Assembly (NCBI GenBank): GCA_964016885.1
Contig: OZ024741.1
Coordinates: forward strand, 180,172,001 to 180,236,000
Direction: 5' to 3'
DNA length: 64,000 nucleotides
DNA from: Eledone cirrhosa
Taxonomy: Eukaryota
The notes under the pieces are model-generated. The model saw nothing but the letters and a program-made list of their open reading frames with translations, searched no databases and was not told the origin of the DNA. This document shows positions 27,958 to 43,337 of the stretch, in pieces. Both the position numbers and the translations under genes were made by a program. Within the stretch, counting starts at the first letter, position 1; the number at the start of each line of letters is the position of its first letter.

Positions 27958-30900
27958 TCTGCCTGACGCGTGTAACATCGCCGGTAAGATTTTTTGTAAA
28001 TTTATATACGAAAAACAGAACAAATTGTTTGCAAAAACATATTATTTTGTAGGTTAACCCCCAAGCTGAATTGTGAGCTGGGTGGTTATCCCATTTTTCG
28101 GCCCTTTAGGGCGAACATTTTATTTTAAAAATTGTTTTAAAATATCAAATTTTGCCAACTATAAAACATGAATAAGACGACAAGAACGCTGGAGAACGTA
28201 AACAGAGAAAATAGAGAGAAAGAGGCAGATTTTAACGTTATATCTGCTTCTGCTACTATGGACGTCATCATAGATACGACTGTCAACAAAGAGGAAAAAA
28301 TGTTACCACTCGAAAACACAGAAATTAAACCTATTAACATGAAAACACAGAAATTAAACCTATTAACATACATACACATGAAAAAGACATCAACAACTCC
28401 ACAGATACATCTACACATAAAGTTTCACCTCGTCAAGGAACTGAGATTTCCAACACCGAGGCTAACAACGATAACAACAACACCAACAACAGCGACACCA
28501 CACAAATAAAGAAAATGTCCTTCGCTGAAACAGTGAACAAAAAACAAGATTTTATAAATCTTGACATCTCCAATGCAAGAGATATGCTCCAGCAAGAGAG
28601 AAAATGTGTAACTTTCGAAGAGAAGGGTGGGTTTAGAATTAACTCACCCCTTGAAATAAAGGAACACACAGTTCGAAGGTCAGTCACCTTTAGGACTGTG
28701 TCCAATTCCACGAGAAAGCCGATATTTGTTAGTCAAGCAGATATAGAAGCTACTTTCAAGGAAATTCTAAAAAATATCGATTTTCTCCAACGAGGAAAAC
28801 AGTAGGTAAGTGTTTCCGTACTGTTTAAAAGCGAGGCACTCGCCCAAAAACATTCTGTGACACCAATGGTGTCAAAAGCATTCACCTTTTTCCCTAACCA
28901 TATCCATGGGAAAAAGACACAAAAATAAAAATAAAAAATATACCACCAAACATTAACATCTGGTGGATCTTGGCTGGCTTCGTAGAGCCAGAAACTGATA
29001 TGATTCTTTCGATCCCAAAGTCTATTCGACAAAGGTGGGCGTGTACTGATTTGGAGATTCTTTTGCAAATGAGGCCGGAGAGAATCTCCAAAATACCCGA
29101 AAGAGTCGTCATCGATGATAACAACAAAATAAACATTTCAGTAGAAGGGCGAAAATTTCATTGCTTTCGCTGTGGTAGCACAGCACACCTAAAAGCCTCT
29201 TGTCCTTCACAAACACACAACAACAACATCATTAAAAAAACACTATTACCAACACCAACACCAAAACAACCACGACCACCACAAGTACAACGACAGAGGA
29301 AACGAGCAACCACACCAAAACAAACAGACACTCAACCAACAACAACAGCAAAAACAGAGACCACACCCCTGAAGAACACAGCCCCATCCCATCCCACTCC
29401 ATCAAACACTACCACAAACACACACACCGAAACACCACCACCACACAACATACACCTACCCCACACTCCTGACCATGATTACTCATCGACGGATGAAGCT
29501 GCTTCTCCTTCTTTAAGTGAAGAAGAGGGAGAGCCGCGGAAATCTAAAGAACAAAAAAAGAGACACCACAAAACCCCAAAACTCCAATCACCAACACACA
29601 ACCACAGACACAAACAACAACACAAACAACACCACAGTCAAACATCCCCCTACCAGCAAAACCAACACCAACACCACCCCAAACACAAGCACCCACCATA
29701 AAAAGAAAACTCCCAGACGAACAACAAACTAAAACAACACAACAAAAACACAAACAACAATACGCATACATCAACACAAACAACAAGAATTTGATGGAGG
29801 CCATCTCCCAAAACCGCAAGGTGGAGACGGAGGGCAAAACCTTCGTCAAGGCAGAATCGTCTCCACACCTTAAACTTATAAAGGTTTCTATGGAAACCTA
29901 TAATGACCTAAAAAATAAATGTTCACAGCACGTGGGGAACCCCTGCCAGAAACCCATCAACCGCGTCCTGTTAAAATGTTTCCCTACCCCACCCAACAAG
30001 ATTGAAGAACCCGATCCAGCACCCAACTTTCGCCCTTTTTCTCCAACTCTTCTTCACCAACATGGCTAATTTACGAGTTGAAAGTGTGAATGTGCGTGGC
30101 CTAAGGATGCCCTGGAAACGGCCAACTTTTAAACGACCTTAGGTCACACGGTATGGATGTGATAGCCATCACCGAGATCAGGATCCACAACAGGCAGCAA
30201 CTAACCCCCATCTTCGACGACTTTGAGATCTACGCATCTCTGTGTCAGCCAGAAGGTGGAAGGGGAGTGGCTGTCATGTTTCGGAAGAACCTGGACGTCG
30301 AAGTACAGCAAGTACACTTGCACCCGGAGGGTAGACTGGTAGTCCTAGACGTGAACAGTATTGGAGGTGGAGCCTTCAGACTGGTAGCCGTTTATGCCCC
30401 GACCGAGCAATCGCAATCACGGTCAGATTTCTTTAAGCGTCTAGACTCTTTTCTGGGAACGTCTCGCTCCTTACTTTTAGTGGAGGACTGGAATGGTATC
30501 CTAGATGCACGATGGGACTATGTGGGAGCATGTCCCAGTAGATGGAGGTGCAACAGCCTCAAAACTGGCCGATAGGTATCGACTGGATTTCCCGACTGCA
30601 CCACAGTGGACGTGGGCAAACCGCAGCGAGACATCTAGATCGTATTTAGATAGGTTCTTCATTAGAGAAAGGGACAAGCTGTCTACGAATGCACATGGTT
30701 GCCTATTCAGATCACAAATTAGTCGTCTGCTTAGTCAACCGTGATAGAATACATAGACAAAGACCCGGATACTGGAAGCTGAACGTGTCGTTGCCGGCAC
30801 GTAAAGCTTACAGTGAACGGATAAGTAGACTAGTCAAGCAACAGTTAACGGGGCCATCGTCAACAATAAATGGTGGTACTCTCTCAAGAAAGCTATTAGA

Positions 30901-33657
30901 ATAGAATCGATAGGGTTTAGCAGAGAGTTAGCCTTAGAGAAAAACAAAATAGAAAGAGAGCTAGTAGCCAAGGTAGAGGAGGCACTTAGAAGTGGCAACG
31001 CGGCTAGAGTGTTAGCGTCGAGAACGGCACTGGACCAGTTTTTCGATGCAAAAACACGAAGGCTGCGTGGTCAGAAGCAAAACACGTGCTCTAGGAAACG
31101 AAGGAGCGAAAGCTGTCAGCTGGGCCCGAGTGTGGAGGCGAACAGTGGCAACAAGTCCACGATTCGCTCTTTGAAAGACCAAAACGGACCAAAGCACTTT
31201 GCGCGACTGTTTGAGCAGAACGACGGTGAGCCGAACAGGGCAATGGACTTTAGTTCATACCTCGACGGCCTGCCGCGTCTCTCGAACACGGACGCCGAGT
31301 TCTGCGAAAGACCGATCACGGACACTGAGATACGGGACGCTCTGGGCCGCTGCGAGAAAGAAAGTCACCCGGTCTAGATGGTCTACCCTATGAGTTTTAC
31401 ATAGGCATGCCGGACTTGTTCTCTGGCGTCCTCGAAGCCGTCTACTGCAATTGGCAGCAGAACGGGAGAATTCCCAGTTCTGCAGGCAAGGGCGTAGTAA
31501 CGCTGATCAGGAAAGACGAGAACAAAGGGGACGAAATTAACAACTTCAGGCCCATAACTCAACACAGAGTTAAAGATTTTGGCCAAGGTGCTAGCGACGA
31601 GGTTGGCGCTTGTCGTCGAGAATCTGGTAGGGAAAGCGCAAACGTGTGCAATCCCGACCAGGTCCATACACGACAACCTCCACCTCATGCGATACATCAT
31701 AGAGAGGGTGGGTAGTAAACCCGGCTTCGGTGGGGCTCTGATCAATTTGGATCAGTCTAAGGCATTCGATAGGGTCGACCATTGATACTTGGAAGCGGTT
31801 CTCAAGGCGGCCGGTTTCGGTCCCGTGTTCAGAGGATGGATCGAGGCGGTGCACACCAGCATCTGCTCGAGGGTCAAGGTGAACGGCTACCTATCGGAGC
31901 CGTTCGTAATGACGCGTTCCATTCGACAGGGGTGCCCTCTCTCCTCCATTCTACATGTATTGACTCTAGAGCCACTACTGCGGAAATTGGAGCTGTTGCA
32001 GGGCATCCCTCTAGAATCGGGACTGCGCAAAGCGGCGTCGGCTTATGCTGACGACGTGACGGTAATGGTGTCGGGCACCTCGGAAATCGGGGTGATCGGC
32101 AACTTACTGAAAGAATACGAAACGCTGGCGGGAGCAAAACTAAACCCGGACAAGTCTGTCGGTTTGCAACTCGGTACGTGGAGAGGCAAACAGATGACGT
32201 CCGACAGCGTCGTTGGATGCTGGACGGACAGACCGGTGAAATTGCTTGGGGTCTGGTTCGGTCCAGACCTCCAGGTCGAGAAAAACTGGAACGAGGTCAC
32301 GGCCAAGGTGTTTGCACTCACCCAGAAGTGGGCAGAGTGTAAACTGTCCTTGAAAGGTCGAGCGGAGGTGGCGAACACTTTCATAGCGTCCGTCATCTAT
32401 TACCGCTTGACTGTCGTGCTTTGTCCCCGTGAACAACTCGCCAAGATGGAACGCATGCTCTTCCAGTTTCTGTGGAAGAAGCAGGCTCCGCTGGTGAGGA
32501 GATCCGTCTGCTGTCAGCACCCTTCCAACGGAGGGCAGGGAATGCCATGGCTGATGATGCGCAAACATACGCTGAGGCTGCGGCATCTCCAGGTATTCCT
32601 CACCGACCCCCAACCGGTGTGGGCACCATTTGTGAGACAGGCTTTCCCACAGCTCGTCTCGCTGATGGAGCTGCAGTCCTAAGTCAAGAAAAGACCGAAA
32701 ACGATGGGCGCCTGGCACATTGAATGCGCTCAGGCGCTCACAGTCATCTGGCAAGCGGGCGCAGCAATCAGTGGAGACTCCACTTTGACATTCTATAGAG
32801 GGATTGTACGTTACAAGAGCGACGACGTGCTCGGAGAGACTCTGGGCGTCGAAGACGATGAGCTCACCAGTCTGTTTGGTAGGACTTCCCGCCCGGGACC
32901 TATGGACAACTTCTAGAGGTCCCTTGTCTGGCAGTGCTACCGAGCAGCTCTACTGGTTCGTGACAAGATCTACAGGCACGGACGCCCCGGCAAGGATCCT
33001 TCCAAGAGGACGTGTCCAAGATGCGCGCAGGACATTGAAACAGTCCTGCACGCAATTGTACACTGCCCGGGCGTAACCGACCTGTGGAACTACGCAGAAC
33101 AACTGCTGTTGCGTATGGGACAAATCCAGTTGACTGCCGAGTCTATAGTAAGGATCAAACCGCCAGCCTCTTTCAAAAACGAAAGCGAGGCGGTTTTCCT
33201 CTGTACGGTGGCTATGGTGAAAGAAGTTATATGGTGGACGAGATTGAGAGGACAGATGCCTTTCTCTCCGGACAACAATTGATTCCCTTCTTTAAGTATC
33301 ACTTTAGAAGGAGAATCAGAGTGGAGAGAGAGGCACTTCACCCCAGTAAATTGACTGTAAGGTAGGTGAATGAAGCGAAAATGGCCCGAGTGATTGGGCC
33401 TTCTCTGTTTATAAGCCTGTAGGTTGAAGAAGAGAGCAAAAGGAATAAAGGAGCACTTGCACAACACGCTCCTTGAGTTGAGGGTTGTTCTATCGACAGG
33501 GTATTAAACAACCCATTTGTGGCGCCTCCCCCCGTATTGGGGATTTCGATTGTTGTAATTGTTTGTTTTTATATTTTTTACACGACTGTATGTAAAATCC
33601 CCGGCATGTCTTTGTATTGTCCCCTTTTCTTGTGCGCCCTTGTGGCAAATAAAGAAA
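27958..33657 (+). mobile_element. Tx1-like (L1 clade) LINE, near full-length, degenerate (copy 1)
   Basis: ORF1 remnant with CFRCGSTAHLKASC zinc knuckle; ORF2 from ATG 30062 with APE motifs (VYAP, EDWN, SYLDR, SDH), RT (LDQSKAFDRV, RQGCPLS, YADD) and C-terminal CPRC..H...HC; AATAAAGAAA end. Confidence 0.93.
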
Positions 33658-33679
33658 TATATCTATCTATCTATCTATC

Positions 33680-36600
33680 TCCTGATGGTATAGACGTGCT
33701 TCACATCGGCTCCTCGATTATTGGATATATTACAGGTTAACAGTAAGTGTTTGTCTGTATTCTTGCGTTATTGTGTTAATTAACCCCCTTGCCTGGGTCT
33801 TCGGTCATTAGGGTTAATTTATTTCACCCCTTTTGGGGTGAAATTTTTCATCCTAAAAATCTTGTGATTGTCTCTACGCTAGTGGTAATGGAAGCCATTA
33901 CCACAGGTAACGATGACACGCCCACTAAACAAACTGAAAGTGAGCGGGTAGCGGAGGCAACAAGCCTCCCTACTGAAAGAATAATGATTATTAGAAACAT
34001 TGAAAAAATGGAGCCTAACCCTAATGAAAAAAATGTGAAAAAAATTGACTCGGAGAAATTGCCAACATTAATGGATGCCGTTTCGACTTTTCACGGTGCC
34101 ACACCCACCAGCAAAGGTGAAAGAGAAGTAGTAGCTGTGACTACAAGTCTCTCGGATACTGAAAATATAAGTGAACTTTTTGAAGAAATGGAGTCTAACC
34201 CCAACGGGAAAAAAAATGTGAACGCATACACCAACATAAATAACACAAACACAACAAAAAATGATAATTGTAACAACAAAAAACAAGAAAACAACCTGAT
34301 TTCGACAAAATGTAAACAAAGAGGGGGCGAACAAAATAACGTTCGCGCAAACTACCAAAAAACCCACTGTGTATGAACCTATTGACATTTCAAACATGGC
34401 CCAGCAAATGGAAAATGCGCGGAAGTATATAACTTTAGAGGAGAATGGTCTATTTTCTTTAAATTCTCCCCCAGAGCTAAAAAAGGAAAATAGCTTAAAA
34501 ACTATTATTTATAGGACAATATCCAACAAAACCCGTAAGCCAGTACAACTCACACAGACAGAGGTTGAACTGGCGTTAAAAGATCATCTGAAAAACATTG
34601 TATTCATTCGGAAGGATAGACTCTACGGTAGTCTATCCATCCGAATGAAAGATAAATTGACGGCCGAAAAACATTCCCTGGCCCCAATTGTGTCCCCCTT
34701 ATTTACCTTCTTCCCCACTTATTTGGGAAGAAGAACACAAAGATTGACCATACACAGTATCGATCCAGATATTGATTTCTGGGCGGTACTGTGTGGCCTC
34801 TTCGACTTGAAAGAGGATGCAGTAATTTCGGTAGGTAAGTTTTCCAGCAACGTGTTCGGTGGAACTAGCCTGCAAGTTCTGGTGCAAATGCAGCCAGAAC
34901 GAATTGCTAGGATCCCCGACCGCATATTGCTGGATGGGCTTGCCTACTTACACATCACAGTGGAGGGTAGACGACCCGCTTGTTACCTCTGTGGTGGCAG
35001 AGGTCACCTGAGGGCTGCCTGTTCCCAAGCAAACAAAAAAAACCCGATTTTGCCCACACAACAACTACAACACTACCAACACAACCTCCACCAACACCAA
35101 AAAAACAACTAATACCACAACTGAAAACAATCCCACCCCCACACAGAAAACAAATACAATAACACCCACACCACAAATACGAGCCGAAAATGAACCCCTC
35201 CCCTCGAATACGGAAGACGATCCCCTTTCGTCGTCAGAGGAGGGAGGAACACTTTCATAAAATTAAAAGAAAAAAAAGAAGACACACCACAGGAACACAA
35301 ATACAAACAACCCCTCCCCAATACATAACACAGACATCAACACAAAAAAACACACAACAACAGCAAACAAAAAACATCACTCAAAAAGAAAAATATGCCT
35401 ACACTTACATAAACACAATAAACAAAAAACTGTTAAACGTTATTTATAATAACAACTTAATAAAAACCGAAGGTTCGAATTTCGCACAAGCAACGAGGCT
35501 TCTAAAAATGATAAAAGCCCCAAATGGACATTTAAAAAACGTTAAAAGACACCTTTAAAGAGGACGTGGGGCCCCCATGCGTCAGACCCATTAACCGTGT
35601 CCTCCTAAAAAATCCCCCCCCCCCCAGACACCCACACAACTCCAACACCCCAACCCCACCACACACTGATGCTCCTCCACTTACACAAACCACCACCCAC
35701 CCAACAACCATGGAAATTGTGCGGCCCGGTCCCCGGGACGCAGAGAGGTAAGTGCCTTTTCTCTTTACCACCAACATGGCTGTGTTGAGAATAGGTTGTC
35801 TAAATGCGCGTGGCCTGGGCTCACCTTGGAAGCAAGCAATGCTTCTAAATGACCTCAGGTCACGATGTATAAATGTGATGGTTATTTGCGAGGCCCGGAT
35901 CAGCAGCGTGCGACAGATGGTCCCTTTGATGACTTTGAGATGCACGCATCTCTGTCAGCCCGGAGGTGGGGGTGGGGGTAGGGTTGTCGTTCTGCTGCAA
36001 AAACATCTGGGTCTCGCTACACAGACGGTACACTTGGACCCGGAGGGTCGACTAGTGGTACTGGACCTTGGCAGTGGTGAAGGCGGAGCTTTAGGCTGGT
36101 CGCAGTCTACGGCCCTTTTGGGTCAACGCGGCCGGACTTCTTCCATCGTCTGGAGACTTTTCTAGGGACGTCCTGCTTCTTTCTTTTGGTGGGGGACTGG
36201 AATGGTATCGTAGATACACGTTGGGACTATGTAGGGGCATGTCCTGATAGAGGGGGTTGTAACAGCTTCAAGGGGTTAATCGGCCGATAGATATCAACTA
36301 GATTTTCCGACTGTGCCAACCTGGACTTGGAGAAACCATAGCGGTCAATCTAGATCGTACCTAGATAGGTTCTTAGTTAGAAATAAGGATAGGGACTTTT
36401 TGAGTTGTCCAAAAATGCTCATGGCTGGCTATTCAGACCACAAGTTAGTGACCTCCATGGTCAACCTTGATAGAACGCATAGACAGGGACCCGATTACTG
36501 GCAGCTCAACATGTCCTTACCGGCAAGTAAAGCTTACAGGAACCGGATTAGTACTTTAGTTAAGGAGCGGTTGACGGGCGCCATCGTCAACAGCAGGTGG

Positions 36601-39388
36601 TGGGGCTCTCTCAAAAGAGAGATTAGAGTAGCTTCAATAGGAATTAGTAAGGAGTTAGCCTCAGATAGAAATAGGAAGGAAAGGGAGTTGGTAGATAGTG
36701 TAGAAGAGGCAATTAGAAGCGGCGACGTAGCCAGAGTGCTAGCGTCGAGAACGGCCTTGGGTCAGTTCTTCGACGCGAAACACGAAGGCAGCGTTGTCCG
36801 AAGCAAAATACGTGCTCTGGGAAACGAGGGGACCAAAGCGGTTAGCTGGGCCCGCGTCACAGAAGCCAAAAGTGTGATTAGATCCAGTATCCGGTCTTTG
36901 CGAGACCAGGATGGACGGGTGATCCTTGAACCTAAGCAAATGTGCGAGGCCTTTCAAAGGCACTTTGCCCGATTGTTCGGAAGGGACGAGGGGTCGGATG
37001 GGGATGTCTATACCTCGACGGCCTGCCGCGTCTTTCGGACGAGGAGGCGAAGTCCTGCGAGAGGCCGATCTCAGCTGCTGAGATAGGGGACGTGCTGAGC
37101 CAATGCGACAGACGCAAATCTCCGGGCCTTGGTGGTCTTCCATATGAACTGTATTTAAGTATGCCGGACTTGTTCTTCGATCTCCTCGAAGCGGTCACCT
37201 ACAACTGGCAACAGAACGGGAGAATTCCCTGTTCTGTGACCAAGGGCGTAGTCTCGCTAGTGAGGAAGGACAAGAACAAGGGGGATGAAATAAGTAATTT
37301 TAGGTCCATAACAAGATTTTGGCCAAGGTGTTAGCAAAGAGGTTGGCGCTTGTCGTGGGCAACCCGGTGGGAGATGCGTAGACATGCGCCATCCCGTCCA
37401 GGTCCATTCACGACAACCTCCATCTCATGCGATACATCATAGAGAGGGTTGGGAACGAACCCGGCTTTGGTGAGGCCCTGATCAACTTGGATCAATCTAA
37501 GGCGTTCGATAAGGTCGACCATCGTTACCTGGATGCGGTGCTAGTGGCGGCAGGTTTCGGACCCGTTTTCAGGGGCTGGATCACTGCCATGCACAGCAGC
37601 CGCATCTGCTCTAGAGTGAAGGTGAACGGCTACCTCTCGGAGCCGTTCGAAATCACGCGGTCCATCCGACAGGGATGCCCTCTCTCCTCCCTTCTGTATG
37701 TATTGGCCCTAGAGCCACTGCTGCGGAAGTTGGAGTTGTTACAGGGCATCCCTTTGGAACCGGGACTGCGGAAAGCGGTGTCGGCCTACGCCGATGACGT
37801 GACAGTAATGGTGTCAATCGCCTCGGAAATCGGGGTGATCGGCACCTTACTGGAGGAATACGAAATGTTTTCAGGGGCTAAGCTGAACCGGGACAAGTCA
37901 GTCGGTTTGCAACTCGGCGAGTGGAGGGGAAAACCGATGGCCTCCAACGGAGTCGTCGGACGTTGGACGGAGGGACCGGTGAAATTGCTCCGGGTCTGGT
38001 TCGGGCCAGACCTCGAGGTGGAGAAGAACTGGGGTGAGGTATCGAACAGGATGTTTGCGCTGATTCGGAGTTGGCTGAGTGCAAACTATCCATGAAAGGT
38101 CGGGCGGAGGTGGCGAACGCTTATATAGCGTCCGTCATCTATTACCGCCTGGCCGTCGTGCCTTGCTGAAGGGAAACGCTCACCAAAATGGAGCGCGCAC
38201 TCTTCCAATTCCTTTGGAAGAAGCGGGCTCCTTTGGTGAGGAGATCCATCTGCTGTCAACACCCTTCGAAGGGAGGGCTGGGGATGCCGTGGCTGCTGAT
38301 GCGTAAACACGCATTAAGCCTACGGCACCTCCAGGTATTCCTCACCGGTCAACCGGTGTGGGCCCCGTTTGTGAGGCGAGCCTTTCCGAGACTCGTCTCG
38401 CTCACCGAGCTGCAGTCCTGGGTCAAGCAAAGACCGAGAAAACTGGGCGCCTGACACACCGAGCGTGCCCAGGCGCTCACGGCTCTCTGGCAGGCGGACC
38501 CGGCTATCGATGGAGACTCCACCTTGTCATTCTATAGAGGGCTGGTGGTTAGCGGGTGCGACGACGCCCTCGAACAAGCCCTAGACATGGAGGAAGACGA
38601 ACTGGCTAGCCTATTCGGGAGGACATTTGGCCCGGGACCTATGGACAACTTCCAGAGGTCCCTGGCCTGGCAGTGCTACCGAGGGGCGCTGCCCGTTTGA
38701 GAAAAGCTCTACAGACACGGGCGCCCGGGTAGGGACCCCTTGAAAAAAATCTGTCCCAGATGCGTGCGCGACGAGGAAACCGTTGCGCACGCATTGGTAC
38801 ACTGCTCGGGCGTTGCCGATCTGTGGGGCTATGTCGAACGACTGCTGTCACGGGTGGGACCAATCCGGTTGACCACTGAATCCATTGTAAAGATCAAGCC
38901 CGCCCCCTTCAAAAATGAAGGAGAGGCGGTCTTCCTCTGTGTAATAGCCATGGTGAAAGAGGTGGTATGGTGGACACGTTTGAAAGGGCTGAGGTCGGAC
39001 ACCTTTCTCTCCGGCCAACAGCTGGTCCTTTTCTTTAAATTCCATTTTAAGAGAAGGATCAGAATGGAGAGAGAGGTGCTCTACCCCAGCAAGTTTTATG
39101 AAAGGTGGGTGAAAGTAGCGAGAATGGCCCGTGTGAATGGGCCTTCTCTCTTTATCAGCCTGTAGGTGGAAAGGTGGAAGTGCAAATGAGCACCCACACT
39201 CTGTGCTCCTAAGGAAAAGGGTTGCACACTTTTTGGGGGGTGTGTGTAACCCCCAAAACCCCTCCTCCCTATTGAGGACTGTATTGTTAATTTTATATTT
39301 GTTATTTGTTTTTTACTCGTTTCTTTATGTAAACTTCCCCCTTGTATTTGTCCCCTTCGTTTGTGCCCTCGTGGCAAATAAATAGAAA
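33680..39388 (+). mobile_element. Tx1-like LINE, near full-length, degenerate (copy 2), head-to-tail with copy 1
   Basis: ORF1 CYLCGGRGHLRAAC; ORF2 35776-39165 with GDWN, SDH, RQGCPLS, YADD and CPRC; ends AATAAA then ATCT repeats. Confidence 0.93.
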
Positions 39389-39408
39389 CTTATCTATCTA
39401 TCTACCTA

Positions 39409-39443
<35 letters not shown>

Positions 39444-39459
39444 CTAACTACGTATATAT

Positions 39460-39507
<48 letters not shown>

Positions 39508-39544
39508 AGTCTTTTACATATATGCATATATATATGCCCTCTTC

Positions 39545-41128
39545 CTTGTGAGGCAGTTACAGGAAAAGTACCTAGCTAAAAGTAAGCCACTCTACCTGGC
39601 ATTCGTCGATCTAGAGAAAGCCTTTGACAGAGTTCCCGTGCCATAATCTGGTGGGCTCTTAGAAAACTAGGAGTAGATGAATGGCTTGTGAAAGTTGTAC
39701 AAGCCATGTATAGGGGAGCAGTCAGCAAAGTTAGGATTAGCAATGAGTATAACGAGGAATTTAGCGTACAGGTCGGTGTCCACCAGGGCTCTGTTCTTAG
39801 CTCTCTCCTGTTCATCAGGCAATAACGGAGGAGTTTAAGACAGGATGCCCATAGGAACTCCTGTATGCAGATTACCTCGTACTTATAGCTGAATCTATGG
39901 TAGAATTAGAGAAGAAATTCCAAACTTGGAAGCAGGGACTAGAAAAAAAGGGTCTCAAAGTCAACCTGACAAAGACTAAGGTCCTTGTAAGTAGACGTGA
40001 AAACAGAACCCAGATCCCCTCAGGGAAATGGCCTTGCTCAGTATGTAGGAAAGGTGTAGGTAGGAACTCAATTCTCTGCCCCAAATGCAAACAATGTATA
40101 CACAAGAGATGTAGTGGGATCTCAAGAAGCTTAACTAAGAATGTAGGCTTCACATGTAGCAGCTGTGCTGGGACAGCAAGCAGCAAACAGCCACAGGAAA
40201 CAAGTACCACCAATCTCTGGGAGGGCTCTGTAGAAACAGTAGACAGCTTCTGCTACCTAGGTGACCGAATTAGCAGCGGAGGTGGGTGTTCGGAAAGTAC
40301 AGTAACCAGGGTAAGAACGGGATGGAAGAAGTTCAGGGAGCTATTGTCACTGCTAGCTGCAAAAGGCTTTTCCCTCAAAATGAAAGGCAGACTGTATGAT
40401 GCGTGTATACGAACAGCAATGTTACATGGTAGTGAAACCTGGGCGCTGTCTGTGGAAGACTTGCGCAGATTAGAAAGAAACGAAGTCTGCATGCTCCGAT
40501 GGATGTGTAATAGTAATATACGCGAACGGCAAATCATAAATGAATTGAGAGAGAGACTTAGCATAAGAGGAATCAAATGCTGTGTGCAGGAGAGGCGGTT
40601 GCGTTGGTATGGACATGTGATGCGTATGAAGGATGACAGCTGCATAAAAAGATGCAGAGCACTAGAAGTCGATGGAAACCGCGGAGTGGGGAGACCCAAG
40701 AAGACCTGGAATGAGGTGATAAATGCCGACCTTACCCAATTACACACGACCGTGACCTCTGGCGTCACGCAGTAATACAGAAGACCCGATCCCCCACGGG
40801 TACAAGCCGAAGCTGAAGCATAAAAACAATATGCCCCTACACCCTCCCACTGCAAAGTGGTCGTGGAGGTGCCTCGGCAAAAAAATACCCAGCCTACACT
40901 GTAAAGTGGACGTGTAGGCACCACGGAAAAAAGAACCCAGCACTCACTGTAAATGACGTTGGTGTTAGGAAGGGCATCCAGCTGTAAAAATCAAGCCAGA
41001 ATCAGTTCCCGTATGAGCAAGACAAGGTCAGCCGACTGGACACTGCCCACAATAGGACAACCCGTCTAACCCATGCTAGCGTGGAAGAACGGACGTAAAA
41101 CGGTGATGATGATGATGATGATGATGAT
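39545..41128 (+). mobile_element. 5'-truncated RTE-clade LINE with a PHD-like finger after the RT
   Basis: AFVDLEKAFDRVP, GVHQGSVLS, LYAD; CSVC..CPKC..H..C..CSSC; FCYLG, RLRWYGHV, GRPKKTW; (GAT)n tail. Confidence 0.88.
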
Positions 41129-41806
41129 ATTGTGTATGTGTGTATCTGTGTATCTGTGTGTGTGTGTGTGTGTGTGTGTCTGTCTGTCTGTCTGTTTCTT
41201 TGTATGTATGTACGTGTTCATGTTTGTATGTATGCATGTTTGTATGTATGCATGTTTGTTTTGTCTCTTGCTCACTATTTTAAGTTTATTTTTGACCGGA
41301 CACTTTCCCGGTGGCAACATTGTTAACAAAAGGAAAGTTTCGTTGTCTCTAATGCAATCGTTCATCTTTTGGATTACAAAATGTGCTACAGATTTTGAAG
41401 GGTTCCGATATCGGGGCTATTTGTAGCTTATGAATTAACGAGCTACGTTCTTTCTCCACAAATCCAAGTTCAGTTATACTTTGGTCCAGCCATCACTCTA
41501 ATAATAACGGGTATAAAACACGTATTTTGGGTACTAGATCTGCAAACTCTTGATCAATGGCCCGTAGATATCCCCCTTCCCGTATATCTTTCTTACCACA
41601 TTGATATTGAGTGGGCAACTGACTTTTATATCTGAGCAGGTTATTAATCTGTGGCCCCTCCCAAACAACATCATTCCGGTTGTGTTGTTTTAATTTGGTG
41701 GTGGTTTATTTTTAGGTCCCACCAATATTCCTTTGAGCCATCAGTCAATATATATATGTGTATGTCTGTGTATGTGTGTGTATGTGTGTGCGCGTGTGTG
41801 TGCGTG

Positions 41807-41880
<74 letters not shown>

Positions 41881-42182
41881 TACTTATATATATATGTGTG
41901 TGTGTGTGTGTATATATGTGTGTGTGTGTGCATGTGTGTGTGCTTGTGTGTGTGTATGTACCTATGTTGATCTAGTGTTATGTCAATCTACTGCCATAAC
42001 TTCCTACCTGTATACGTGTATGTGTGTGTGAGTGTATATGTATGTAGGTGTGTTCGTGATTATATATAATGCAGTCTTATTAAGTCAACATTTTCAAAAA
42101 TAAGACCATATTTCGAATTTATTTTTAATTACTAAATTTCTTATATAACCACATAATCAATAGGCTGCAGAACTCCTTGGCT

Positions 42183-42252
<70 letters not shown>

Positions 42253-42323
42253 ATACACACACACACACATACATACATATCTATATACATATATATATAT
42301 ATATATACATATACATTTATGTC

Positions 42324-42391
<68 letters not shown>

Positions 42392-42485
42392 TGTATGTAT
42401 GAATGTGTGTGTATGTATATATATATATATATTCTGCATACATACACACGCAGTTATACATAGTTCATAAACATGCACACACACA

Positions 42486-42549
<64 letters not shown>

Positions 42550-42760
42550 CTCACACACGAAAAAAAAAATACCCTGAAAATTATCAAGGACGATTATTCT
42601 TAAATATCTCCACGGAATTACGGGTGCGGTTTATTTTATTTCACAGAATTTAAAGATTTTTACAGAAACAACCATTTGTAAAGTTGTGTGGTGGCAGTGG
42701 AGTAGATCTTTACACATAACACACATACACACTTACACACACATATACGCACACACAGAT

Positions 42761-42813
<53 letters not shown>

Positions 42814-42881
42814 TAAGTATATCTGTGTGTACGTGTATGTGTATACATATACATATGTATATATATATATATGTGTATGTG

Positions 42882-42913
<32 letters not shown>

Positions 42914-43202
42914 CATTTATACATCTTTAAATGTACATATATGCATATATATATATATATACACATATAACACACACACTCACATATATATATATATATA
43001 TATATTTATGTGTGTATGTGTGTGTATGTATATGAAATCGAATAAATATTCTGGGACACTATATAATGTTCAAATATATATATATTATATATATTATATA
43101 TTTATATATGCAAGTATATTTATATGTGTATCTATGGATGTTTGTATACATACATACATACATACATACATACATACATACATACATACATACATACATA
43201 CA

Positions 43203-43234
<32 letters not shown>

Positions 43235-43337
43235 AATTATATTTATGTAAATCCGGACGTTGATGTATCTTTATTGGCAAGTAAAGGAGGAGAATATTGG
43301 AATTTAAGATAGAAAAGAAATTTCACTGATATTAAAT

